Of a stretch of DNA of 64,000 nt, positions 55,522-64,000 are shown piece by piece. The notes beneath the pieces were generated by a model. The model was not told the DNA's origin. It ran no database searches and was given only the letters and a program-made list of their open reading frames with translations. The position numbers were made by a program, and so were the translations under genes. How positions within the stretch are numbered: the first letter of the stretch is position 1; the number at the start of each line of letters is the position of its first letter. This stretch comes from an uncultured Treponema sp. (lineage in GTDB: Bacteria; Spirochaetota; Spirochaetia; Treponematales; Treponemataceae): the NCBI GenBank assembly GCA_937885175.1, contig CAKZZO010000063.1:3700-67699 (forward strand), in the 5' to 3' direction.

Positions 55522-56709
55522 ATGTGCATGAGATGCGTAAAAATAGCAGTTTTTTCTATTATAATATCTTTTTTTTCATCAGTATTCGCCGATGTCTTTC
55601 CTGTTCCCGAATACGGCTATGTCATTGACTTTCCCGAGGGCTTTTCCCTTGAAGACGGAAGCGAGGATTTGTCCATGCTGCTTTTTAAGCATACCATACT
55701 GCCCGTGCAGGTGCTGGTAAAAGTCTGGCAGGCAGATTCCTATAGCTCGGCAGAAGCCGCCTTGCAGGGAACGTTTGCAAAACTGGGGGGCAGCGGGGAA
55801 GTGGCATCGCTTGTCTGGCGGAATCGTAACTGTGCGGTTTCCAAAATGACTTTGCAGAATGTTGCCCTTAAAAGTCAGTGCACTGGCTGGTCTTGTGTCA
55901 TTCCTCTGGCAGAAAAAAAAGGCTGGCTTACGCTGCTTTCCTATGCACCCACAGAAGTTGCCTATGACTGCGAGCAGTTTTTGCTTTCGGTTCTTGACGC
56001 TGTTATGACTGACCGGGGAAGTTACAGGGATTGCGGCATCATCACTACCTATGCCTATCCCTCAGGCCCCAAAAAAGACTTGACGCTGACTATCGCCGGC
56101 AAAAAAATCAAAACGCAAATTGGGCTGGATGATGATACCGCTTCTCAATTTGTGATAGACCGAGAATGGGCAGTCTTTACCCTTTTTGCCAATACAAAGT
56201 ACGCCATAGAAGCATGGGAGCGTTTTTACCGCATGATTGCCCGAGACAGCATGGGGCGTACAAAAAAAATCGCCTTTGACATACAGAACGCTCTTTTTGC
56301 TGACGCACAAAAAAAGGATGCTGCCCAGCCCCTGGCGGTCATTGCCCAGGAATTGCTGTCCTGGACGCAATATTTTAAGTATGAGCGTGCCTCGGAAACG
56401 GCGGACAAGGCGGATTTTGCCTCAATTCCATCAGTTTTGGCAGGCGGCTCCAGTGATTGTGACAGCCGCAGTATGCTTATCGCCCTTCTTTTAAGGCATA
56501 TGGGGGTGGATGCCTGCATCTTTATCAGTGCGGAATACAGTCACGCCATGCTGGGTGTTGCCTTTCCTGAAAAGCAGGGGCAGACGATTCATGTGGACGG
56601 TGTAGACTATCTGGTAGGAGAGACGACGGCAAAAAATCTGACGCTGGGCATGATGGATGCCTCCATGCAGGACAGGGATAAATGGTATCCCGTCATGTTC
56701 TACGAGTAA
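55522..56709 (+). CDS. Secreted protein with possible transglutaminase-like Cys-protease core
   Basis: 395 aa. Signal peptide (IAVFSIIISFFSSVFA). GGSSDCDSRSMLIALLLRHMGVDACIFI...HAMLGV resembles the Cys...His arrangement of transglutaminase-like folds. Assignment is tentative. Confidence 0.5.
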   Translation: MCMRCVKIAVFSIIISFFSSVFADVFPVPEYGYVIDFPEGFSLEDGSEDLSMLLFKHTILPVQVLVKVWQADSYSSAEAALQGTFAKLGGSGEVASLVWRNRNCAVSKMTLQNVALKSQCTGWSCVIPLAEKKGWLTLLSYAPTEVAYDCEQFLLSVLDAVMTDRGSYRDCGIITTYAYPSGPKKDLTLTIAGKKIKTQIGLDDDTASQFVIDREWAVFTLFANTKYAIEAWERFYRMIARDSMGRTKKIAFDIQNALFADAQKKDAAQPLAVIAQELLSWTQYFKYERASETADKADFASIPSVLAGGSSDCDSRSMLIALLLRHMGVDACIFISAEYSHAMLGVAFPEKQGQTIHVDGVDYLVGETTAKNLTLGMMDASMQDRDKWYPVMFYE

Positions 56710-56747
56710 TGTTTTTTTTGCGTAAGGTGTGATGGAGCGTCTGTCTT

Positions 56748-57464
56748 ATGATTTTTCCTATTGTTTATCAAGACAGTGAAATACTTCTCGTAAATAAGCC
56801 GGCGGGTGTCGCCGTGCAGGGTGGGGCAGGCATTAGTCATCCCTTGGACGAAGAACTGGCAAAACAAGTGGGCTACAAGGTTCATCTGCTACACCGCCTT
56901 GACAGGGAAACCAGCGGACTTTTGCTCGTGGCAAAGAATCCTGCGGCGGCAAAAAAATGGATTGGCTTGATTGCGGGAAAGCAAGTGCAAAAAGAATATA
57001 CAGCACTTTGTTTTGGACTTCCGCTGCTAAAGGGCAAGCCTGCAAAAAAAGGCAGCATTTGTGACACGGTAACCAAGCAGGGACGCGAACAGTCCGCAGT
57101 CACTCATTTTACGGTGGAAAAAACAATGCAGATTCTCCTTCCTGCCCTGGAAAGCACTGCGGAGACTGCATCACAGAAAGTCACGGTGAGTCAATTGCAT
57201 CTGGTGCTGGGAACAGGCAGAATGCATCAGATTCGCATTCATCTATCTCACGCACAGTGTCCGATTCTGGCAGATGACAAGCATGGAAACTTTAAGCTGA
57301 ACAAGTTGGCAAAGAAAGTGCTTAAAATCAAAACCCTCTGTCTTGCCGCCACAAAAATCACCCTTCCTCTTGACGGTAAAGCCCGCACTTTTGAGATAGC
57401 AGTGCCAGAACATATGCAGTGTGATAAACTTTTTCTCGCTGTTGACAAAAAAAATATAAATTGA
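56748..57464 (+). CDS. Pseudouridine synthase, RluA family
   Basis: 238 aa. ILLVNKPAGVAVQGG and the catalytic HRLDRETSGLLLVAKN; MHQIRIHL. Confidence 0.85.
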   Translation: MIFPIVYQDSEILLVNKPAGVAVQGGAGISHPLDEELAKQVGYKVHLLHRLDRETSGLLLVAKNPAAAKKWIGLIAGKQVQKEYTALCFGLPLLKGKPAKKGSICDTVTKQGREQSAVTHFTVEKTMQILLPALESTAETASQKVTVSQLHLVLGTGRMHQIRIHLSHAQCPILADDKHGNFKLNKLAKKVLKIKTLCLAATKITLPLDGKARTFEIAVPEHMQCDKLFLAVDKKNIN

Positions 57465-57502
57465 TATAGTGTCAACGTACATTTTAATCTAACCTTAGAA
57501 TG

Positions 57503-57527
57503 GACTTGCGCAAGCGGGTCTTTTTTT
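57503..57527 (+). terminator. Rho-independent terminator (GNRA-type loop) before rimP
   Basis: GACTTGC-GCAA-GCGGGTC (7-bp stem with two G-U pairs) followed by T7. Confidence 0.7.
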
Positions 57528-57563
57528 GTATATGGGCAGGTAAATGTCGCAAGGAGAAGTGCC

Positions 57564-58034
57564 ATGGAATATACTGCATTGGACTCGTATCCCTATTATA
57601 CGGAAAGTGAAAAGCTGGTTGCTTCTCTTGGCTATCATTTGGTGGAGTTAAAAATCTCGCCCCACAAGGGTACTACCCATATTCTTGCAGTCATTACGGC
57701 TTTGGTTCCCACGGTGGAAATTGGTGTGGACGACTGTTCTAAGGTGCATCATAAACTGCTTCCCTTTTTGGAAGAAAAACTGGGAACAGATGACACTTAT
57801 ATGGAACTTACCTCACCGGGTATGGAGCGCAACATTAAGAATGCGGCGGAATTTGCCCTTTTTATCGGACGGGAAGTGCGTGTGTGGGATAAGACGGTAA
57901 CGGATTGGGTCGGTGGAAAGTTGGTTTCTGCTGACTGCAAATCCCTGACCTTGGAAATAACAAAGGATGCTGTTTCAGAAACGAGACAGATTTCCTTTGC
58001 TGATATAGCAAAAGCAAAATTTATTCATTTATAG
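57564..58034 (+). CDS. rimP: Ribosome maturation factor RimP
   Basis: 156 aa. Lies upstream of nusA. YMELTSPGMERNIKN is the typical RimP block. Confidence 0.88.
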   Translation: MEYTALDSYPYYTESEKLVASLGYHLVELKISPHKGTTHILAVITALVPTVEIGVDDCSKVHHKLLPFLEEKLGTDDTYMELTSPGMERNIKNAAEFALFIGREVRVWDKTVTDWVGGKLVSADCKSLTLEITKDAVSETRQISFADIAKAKFIHL

Positions 58035-58045
58035 GAAGGTTTGGT

Positions 58046-59515
58046 ATGTCAGAAATGGCAGAGGCAATCCGCGAACTGATTGAAACAAAAGGTTTCTCAG
58101 AGGATTCGGTCAGGCAAACTATTGAAAACGCAATTAAGGCTGCGTACAAGCGTACTTTTGGAACGGCAGATAACTGCATCGTTAAATTCGCAGATGATAT
58201 GTCAGATGTGACGGTGTATTCACGCAAGACAATCGTTGACGGCGTGTATGACCCTGTTATCGAGATGGAACTGGAGGAGGCTCGCCAGCTCAGTTCTGAA
58301 TGTGAAGAGGGTGACGAAATTGACATTCAGATTGACCCCCACACATTCGACCGTTCTGCAGTTTCTACTGGAAAGCAGGCTGCACATCAGGGCCTGAGCG
58401 AAAGTTTTAAGGATAACCTCTACAATGAATACAAGGATAAAGTCGGTGAAATAATCATCGGTTATTATCAGCGTGAGCATAACGGCAATATTTATGTTGA
58501 CCTGGGCAAGGTGGAAGGCGTTCTTCCGACAAAATATCAGAGTCCCCGCGAACGCTACGAAAAGAATGACCGTATCAAGGCTTTGATTGTGGACTTAAAG
58601 CGTACTAATTCTGGTCTCCAGCTGGTGCTCAGCCGCTCAGACCCCAACTTTGTCCGCTCAATCGTTGAACTGGAAGTGCCGGAAATTTATGACAAGACGG
58701 TGGAGATTTTCAAGATTGTCCGCGAAGCCGGCTACCGTACAAAGATTGCCGTTCTCTCCAATAAGGAAGATGTTGATCCGGTTGGTGCATGTGTCGGTTT
58801 GAAGGGTGTGCGCATTCAGAACGTTATCCGCGAGTTGGAGGGTGAAAAAATCGACATTCTCCGCTACGATCCTGAGCCAACACAGTTCATTAAGAATGCG
58901 CTTTCTCCAGCCGAAGTTTCCAATGTCTACATTTTGGACGAGGAAAAGAAACAGGCTTTGGCTGTGGTGCCGGATTCTCAGTTCTCTTTGGCTATCGGCA
59001 AGCAGGGGCAGAATGTGCGTCTCGCAAACCGCCTCTGTGACTGGAGCATTGATGTAAAGACTGAGGAACAGGCAGCGGAAATGGATTTGAGCGAAATCAG
59101 TTCTGTCCGCAAGACGGCCGCAAATCTCTTTACCGAGAATGGCACATCTTCAAGTGGAGACTACGAGGAAGTGGCAAGCATTTCTGATTTGCCCGATATT
59201 GATGAACGCGTTGCAGGTCTCTTAAAAGAGGCCGGCTATGACGACATCGAAAAATTTGTTTCTGCTTACGAAGACGGCTCAATCAAGTCTGTTGAAGGCC
59301 TGAGCGACAGCGATCTTGAGGCGGTGAACAAGATTATCCACGCTAACGTGGAATTTGTTGAGGAAGGCGAGGAATCTGAGGCTTCTGAGACAGAAGAAAA
59401 TGCTGCTTCGGAAGAAGAATACTTCTGCCCTGAATGTGGCGCAAAAATTACACTCGATATGACACAGTGTCCGAAGTGTGGTACTGAGTTTGAATTTGCA
59501 GAGGACGAGGAATAG
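58046..59515 (+). CDS. nusA: Transcription termination/antitermination factor NusA with C-terminal Zn-ribbon tail
   Basis: 489 aa. S1 and KH domains (DPVGACVGLKGVRIQNVIRELEGEKIDI; AIGKQGQNVRLANRL). The tail is FCPECGAKITLDMTQCPKCG. Confidence 0.93.
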   Translation: MSEMAEAIRELIETKGFSEDSVRQTIENAIKAAYKRTFGTADNCIVKFADDMSDVTVYSRKTIVDGVYDPVIEMELEEARQLSSECEEGDEIDIQIDPHTFDRSAVSTGKQAAHQGLSESFKDNLYNEYKDKVGEIIIGYYQREHNGNIYVDLGKVEGVLPTKYQSPRERYEKNDRIKALIVDLKRTNSGLQLVLSRSDPNFVRSIVELEVPEIYDKTVEIFKIVREAGYRTKIAVLSNKEDVDPVGACVGLKGVRIQNVIRELEGEKIDILRYDPEPTQFIKNALSPAEVSNVYILDEEKKQALAVVPDSQFSLAIGKQGQNVRLANRLCDWSIDVKTEEQAAEMDLSEISSVRKTAANLFTENGTSSSGDYEEVASISDLPDIDERVAGLLKEAGYDDIEKFVSAYEDGSIKSVEGLSDSDLEAVNKIIHANVEFVEEGEESEASETEENAASEEEYFCPECGAKITLDMTQCPKCGTEFEFAEDEE

Positions 59516-59524
59516 TAGAATAGT

Positions 59525-62365
59525 ATGGCTGATGAAGTAGAGAAAAAGCCCGGTTTTGTATTGAACAAAAAGAAATCTGAAACTCCTGTGACAAAACCTG
59601 CGGCTGCACCCGAAAAAAAGAAGGTCGTCATTGTAAAGAAGAAGAATCCCGTGCCAGAGAGCAAGCCCCAGGCTAATGTACGCCCTGTGGTTAAGAAAGT
59701 TGCGCCTGCTGCTCCAGCCGGACAAAATGCATCTGCTTCACAGCCTCAGAACCAGACACAAAATCGTTCTGAGGCTAAGCCGCGTTCTACGACTACCTTT
59801 GAAATTAATTCTGCCCGTCCAAATGTAAAGGCGGGCAATCTTTCCGGCAATCGCGGTGGATTTAATCGCGGTGGTTACGGTAACCGTGATGCCGGCTACA
59901 ATCGTGGCAGCGGTAACGGTGGCTTTGGCGGTCAGCGTCGTGAAGGTGGCTTTACTGGTGCCCAGGCGCGGGAAAGTTATCAGAACCGTGAGCGCGACGG
60001 AAACAGACAGGGCGGATTTGGCGCTGGACATGGAGCCAATCGTCAGGGCGGCTATCAGGGAAATCGACCCAACGGACAGGGTGGATTTAGCCGTGGCGGC
60101 TTTGGCAATCGTCCTGCAGGTCAAGGCGGCGGTCGTCCTGGATTCGGTGGCAATCGCCCCGGTTTTGGCGGCGGTCGTCCTGGATTTGGTGGCGCACCTG
60201 CTGCGTCTGCCATTCCGGAAAAGGCAAATACCAAGAAGCAGTTTAAGGGAAAAAAACAGGTTTACAGCCGCAAGGATAAGGAAGAACTCTTTGACGAGGA
60301 AGAACTGTACCGCAAGAAGCAGGCCGCTCAGGCTGCGGTTGTTCCCAAGTCAATCGACATCATGGAATCAATTTCCGTTTCTGACCTTGCCCGCAAGATG
60401 AACCTTAAGGCTGGTGAAATCATCGGTAAACTCATGTCCATGGGTATGATGGTTACCATCAACCAGTCTGTAGACAGCGATACGGCAACCTTGCTGGCAT
60501 CTGAATATGGCTGTGAAGTGCATCTTGTCAGTCTCTATGATGAAACAGTTATTGAAAGCGATGCCGTTGACGAAAACGATATGGTTGTGCGCCCGCCAAT
60601 TGTTACGGTTATGGGTCACGTTGACCATGGTAAGACGAAGACTTTGGACGCTATCCGCAATACAAATGTTGCTGCAGGCGAAGCGGGCGGAATCACCCAG
60701 AAGATTGGTGCATATCAGGTAAAGACCGACAAGGGGGTGATTACCTTCCTCGATACTCCTGGACATGAAGCCTTTACTATGATGCGTGCCCGTGGTGCAC
60801 AGATTACGGATATCGTCGTTCTGGTTGTTGCGGCGGATGATGGCGTGATGCCCCAGACACTGGAAGCCTTGAGCCATGCAAAAGACGCAAAAGTTCCGAT
60901 TATCGTTGCCGTAAACAAAATTGATAAACCCGAAGCCAACCCGGAAAAGGTTATGACCCAGCTTGCAGAGCAGGGCTTGCAGCCAGAGGAGTGGGGTGGC
61001 GATACACAGTACGTAAAAATCAGTGCCAAGCAGGGAATCGGCATTGATGAACTTTTGGACGCAATCCTCTTGCAGGCAGAAGTCCTTGAACTCAAGGCGC
61101 CGATGGACACCCGAGCAGAAGGCAAGATTATTGAATCCCGCGTAGATCAGGGGCGTGGTGTTGTGGCATCAGTGATTGTAGAGCGCGGTACGCTTAAAAT
61201 TGGTGACCCCTTTGTGGCTGGCATCTATTCTGGACGTGTGCGCGCTATGTTCAATGACCGTGGCGAAAAGGTGGACGAGGCCCTGCCCAGTATGCCAGTG
61301 GAAGTGCTGGGTATGGAAAACATGCCCAATGCGGGCGATCCCTTCCAGGTAACTGAAAGTGAAAAAGACGCACGCCAGATTTCTACCAAGCGTCAGGAAC
61401 TCAAACGCTTTGAGGATGCAAAGGCTGTCAAGAAGGTCACTTTGGACAATCTTTACTCTACGATTGAAGCCAGCGAGCTCAAGGAACTCAAAGTTGTTAT
61501 CAAGGCTGACTTGCAGGGGTCTGCAGAAGCACTCAAGGCATCTTTGGAAAAACTCTCAACCAAAGAAATCCGCCTGAATGTCATCCATTCGTCTGCAGGT
61601 GCTATCAACGAAAGCGATGTTATGCTTGCTGCGGCTGACGACAATGCCATTCTTATTGGCTTTAACGTCCGCCCCACACCCAAGGCAAAACTGCTTGCAG
61701 AGCAGGAAAAAGTGGATATCCGCAAGTACAATATCATCTACAAGTGTGTGGAAGAAATTACCCAGGCAATGGAAGGTATGCTTAAACCTGACACCAAAGA
61801 GCAGGTTACTGGTACTATCGAAGTACGGGATACCTTCAAGGTGCCCAAGGTCGGCGTTATCGCTGGTTGTTACGTTACCGATGGTGTGGTTAAACGGAGC
61901 AGCATGGTCAACCTTATCCGCGATGGCATCGTTAAGTTTACCGGTAAGATTTCTTCACTCAAACGCTTTAAGGATGATGCAAAAGAAGTCAAAGAAGGCT
62001 TTGAATGTGGTATCGGTCTTGAAAACTGGCAGGATATCCAGGTTGGCGATACGCTTGAAGCATTTGAATATGTTGAAGTTGCCCGTCATTTGGGTGACAC
62101 GCTGGTTGACCAGAAGGCTGAGGCAGAAAAACAGGCTGCCCAGCGTGAGGCCGCCGCAAAGGCAAAGGCTGAGGAAGAAGCCGCAAATGCTGCTGCAATT
62201 GAAGCCGCAGAAAAGGCTGCCGCAAAAGAAAAGGCCGCCAAAAAGGCTGCGAGCCGTGTGCTGACCGATGAGGACAAGGCAAAGGCAGAGGCGGGAAAGG
62301 CTGCAAAAGCGGCGGCAAAAAAAGCCGAAACCGAAGCGGAAAAATCGGACGGAGCTGCTGAATAA
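59525..62365 (+). CDS. infB: Translation initiation factor IF-2
   Basis: 946 aa. G domain [29 protein letters not shown]. Gly/Arg-rich N-terminal region and an Ala/Lys/Glu-rich C-terminal tail. Confidence 0.95.
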   Translation: MADEVEKKPGFVLNKKKSETPVTKPAAAPEKKKVVIVKKKNPVPESKPQANVRPVVKKVAPAAPAGQNASASQPQNQTQNRSEAKPRSTTTFEINSARPNVKAGNLSGNRGGFNRGGYGNRDAGYNRGSGNGGFGGQRREGGFTGAQARESYQNRERDGNRQGGFGAGHGANRQGGYQGNRPNGQGGFSRGGFGNRPAGQGGGRPGFGGNRPGFGGGRPGFGGAPAASAIPEKANTKKQFKGKKQVYSRKDKEELFDEEELYRKKQAAQAAVVPKSIDIMESISVSDLARKMNLKAGEIIGKLMSMGMMVTINQSVDSDTATLLASEYGCEVHLVSLYDETVIESDAVDENDMVVRPPIVTVMGHVDHGKTKTLDAIRNTNVAAGEAGGITQKIGAYQVKTDKGVITFLDTPGHEAFTMMRARGAQITDIVVLVVAADDGVMPQTLEALSHAKDAKVPIIVAVNKIDKPEANPEKVMTQLAEQGLQPEEWGGDTQYVKISAKQGIGIDELLDAILLQAEVLELKAPMDTRAEGKIIESRVDQGRGVVASVIVERGTLKIGDPFVAGIYSGRVRAMFNDRGEKVDEALPSMPVEVLGMENMPNAGDPFQVTESEKDARQISTKRQELKRFEDAKAVKKVTLDNLYSTIEASELKELKVVIKADLQGSAEALKASLEKLSTKEIRLNVIHSSAGAINESDVMLAAADDNAILIGFNVRPTPKAKLLAEQEKVDIRKYNIIYKCVEEITQAMEGMLKPDTKEQVTGTIEVRDTFKVPKVGVIAGCYVTDGVVKRSSMVNLIRDGIVKFTGKISSLKRFKDDAKEVKEGFECGIGLENWQDIQVGDTLEAFEYVEVARHLGDTLVDQKAEAEKQAAQREAAAKAKAEEEAANAAAIEAAEKAAAKEKAAKKAASRVLTDEDKAKAEAGKAAKAAAKKAETEAEKSDGAAE
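60125..60193 (+). repeat. Two 27-bp near-identical copies inside infB (GGCGGCGGTCGTCCTGGATTYGGTGGC)
   Basis: Copies at 60125-60151 and 60167-60193 encode repeated GGGRPGFGG units. Confidence 0.5.
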
Positions 62366-62745
62366 TGGGTGAATTCCGTTTGGCCCGCTTGGGCGAGCAG
62401 CTTAGAGATGAAATTTCTCAGATGATTCTGCGCCAGCATATCAAGGATCCCCGTGTTTCTACCTTTTTGAATATCAATCGGGTGGAAGTTGCGGGTGACT
62501 TAAAGTATGCAAAAGTCTACGTTTCCAGTTTTTTAAGCGAAGCGCAGGTGAAAAAAGGTGTGGAAGGCTTAAACAGTGCCGCTGGTTTTATCCAGAGCAG
62601 TATTGCAAAAAAACTGACCATTCGCCAGTTCCCTCGTCTTACCTTCATTGCAGACATGAGCATGAAAGAAGGTTTTGATATGGTGAATAAGCTGACAAAA
62701 CTGGAAGCGGAGTCAAAAGCCCTCGAACATGCAGACGCAGAATAA
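62365..62745 (+). CDS. rbfA: Ribosome-binding factor A
   Basis: 126 aa. TAATG overlap with infB. RLGEQLRDEISQMI...DPRV...VEVAGDLKYAKVYV is typical of RbfA. Confidence 0.9.
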   Translation: MGEFRLARLGEQLRDEISQMILRQHIKDPRVSTFLNINRVEVAGDLKYAKVYVSSFLSEAQVKKGVEGLNSAAGFIQSSIAKKLTIRQFPRLTFIADMSMKEGFDMVNKLTKLEAESKALEHADAE

Positions 62746-64000
62746 CGAAGCCCCCTCAGGCATCGTCCTGCTTGCAAAACAGTCGGGGGCTACCAGTTTT
62801 TCTTCCCTTTCTTCTATAAAAAAAGCACTTGCTACCAGCAAAGTGGGACATACTGGTACGCTTGATTCCTTTGCGGACGGACTGCTTGTCGTTCTTGTGG
62901 GAAAATTGACGCGGCTGGTGCCCCACATTACGGGCTTTGATAAGACTTATCTTGCTTTGATTCAGTTTGGCACGGAAACAGATACCCTTGATCCCACAGG
63001 TCGGGTAGTGCGGACTGCCGCAATTCCCAGCAGGGAGCAGGTGGAAGCCCTTTTACCCCGATTTAAGGGAGAAATTGACCAAGTGCCTCCTGTCTACAGT
63101 GCGATTCACGTTGGCGGCGGAAAGAGAGCCAGTGAACTTGCCAGGGAAGGCAAGACTGCACAGATTCCAGCGCGCAAGATTACGATTTACGATATTACCC
63201 TTCTGGACTTTCAGGAAAAATATGCACTGGTGGAAGTGTCGTGCTCAAAAGGCACCTACATCCGCGCGTTGGCTCGTGACATTGCCGCCGCCTGTGATTC
63301 CTGTGCTCATCTTGCTGCCTTGCGCCGCACACAGGTAGGTCCTTTTGCACTCAAAGACGCGGCAGGTGCAGATGATTTGGGAGACTTTACCATCTCCGCC
63401 CTTACCGTGCCGTCTACGGGAAGCGATGCCCAGGCGTCTGTCATTCCCGCACTTGATGAGGAAATCTCTTCTGCTGAAAATTCTCCCCGTGCAGCCGCTG
63501 TCTTTTTTCCAAAAATCCGTGAGTCTCTCCGTGACATGGATGCTGGCCTAGCGGAATTCTGCGGCTTTGTGCCGACAGGGCTTTCGCATGTGGGGGCAAA
63601 TGCCTATGCCAATGGACGGCCGCTTAAAAAATCATATTTCTATTATCCGGCGGGCAAAATAATCCCTTCCGCTGCCCAACTGGCGGTCTTCTATCCAGAG
63701 GGCACCTTTGCAGGTCTTGTTGAGAAAAATGGCAGCCGCTTGCAATATGGCTTTGTGATTCCGAGAAAAAAAGACTTCACGGCCTATTCCTGGGAGCAGA
63801 TTGCAGACGGCAGGCTCAATGCAAAATGGAAGGAGCAGGGGACCGCGCTTACTATTGGCAGTTTTGACGGTCCTCATTTTGGACACGAAGCCTTGTTTCA
63901 GACAGCCCTGGCTCAGGAAAACCTCATTCCCGGTGTGATTGTCTTTGCCCGTTCCCTCAGCGGACTTAAAAATCCCGATGAATATGCAGGCGATGTGGCG
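62729..64000 (+). CDS. truB-ribF: tRNA pseudouridine(55) synthase TruB continuing without stop into an FAD synthetase/riboflavin kinase (RibF) N-terminal domain; 3' end outside window
   Basis: Not in the ORF track because it has no stop in the window. I translated the frame from ATG 62729 (a 17-nt overlap with rbfA) and found 424 sense codons running to 64000. TruB block GIVLLAKQSGATSF...VGHTGTLDSFADGLLVVLVG..KGTYIRALARD. From ~63840 the RibF motif ALTIGSFDGPHFGHEALF appears. Confidence 0.85.
   Translation, partial: MQTQNNEAPSGIVLLAKQSGATSFSSLSSIKKALATSKVGHTGTLDSFADGLLVVLVGKLTRLVPHITGFDKTYLALIQFGTETDTLDPTGRVVRTAAIPSREQVEALLPRFKGEIDQVPPVYSAIHVGGGKRASELAREGKTAQIPARKITIYDITLLDFQEKYALVEVSCSKGTYIRALARDIAAACDSCAHLAALRRTQVGPFALKDAAGADDLGDFTISALTVPSTGSDAQASVIPALDEEISSAENSPRAAAVFFPKIRESLRDMDAGLAEFCGFVPTGLSHVGANAYANGRPLKKSYFYYPAGKIIPSAAQLAVFYPEGTFAGLVEKNGSRLQYGFVIPRKKDFTAYSWEQIADGRLNAKWKEQGTALTIGSFDGPHFGHEALFQTALAQENLIPGVIVFARSLSGLKNPDEYAGDVA

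Noticed and set aside
59738-62439. Alternative-frame and antisense ORFs inside infB (e.g. 59856-60401, 61578-62264, 62086-62439)
   Set aside because: They are generated by the Gly/Arg-rich and Ala/Lys-rich repetitive coding DNA of IF-2. They are low-complexity products with no independent support.
1-64000. CRISPR arrays, rRNA genes, IS elements with terminal inverted repeats
   Set aside because: No regularly spaced 25-40-bp repeats, no rRNA-like stretches and no transposase-like ORFs were seen. All intergenic gaps longer than 90 nt were inspected individually.

Overview
This window looks like a spirochaete chromosome, most likely from a Treponema-like genome. The evidence is the periplasmic-flagellum genes flbB-fliK-flgD-flgE (FlgE carries the K165/C178 pair), a ~940-aa GreA, and Cmk-S1 and TruB-RibF fusions. 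About 50 protein genes and one tRNA can be supported; there is no rRNA and no CRISPR array. Two patches are accessory. (1) Positions 1 to ~9.7 kb hold a tightly packed, co-directional defence array: type I R-M (hsdS, hsdR; hsdM presumably lies upstream of the window), an McrBC-type pair whose McrB has a non-canonical reader region and an insertion in the AAA+ core, a coupled small Zn-ribbon protein plus ADP-ribosylglycohydrolase, and a half-size EamA transporter. The array ends at iteron-like repeats, an orphan hairpin and a 5'-truncated S41-like gene. (2) Positions 37.7-39.7 kb hold a decayed integrative element at tRNA-Arg(TCT). It is bounded by a 17-bp direct repeat, carries a topB fragment, hicAB and an XRE repressor, and has no integrase. 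The rest is housekeeping: hslVU fused into an operon with cobalamin genes, greA, rpe, recA, folK, scpAB, rluB, cmk-rpsA, pcrA, hexokinase, rimP-nusA-infB-rbfA-truB/ribF, plus envelope and lipoprotein genes. The best candidate for an undescribed system is the Zn-ribbon/ADP-ribosylglycohydrolase pair directly behind McrBC, with the atypical McrB itself second. All calls come from reading the ORF translations and the DNA by eye. No database search or numerical computation was run.
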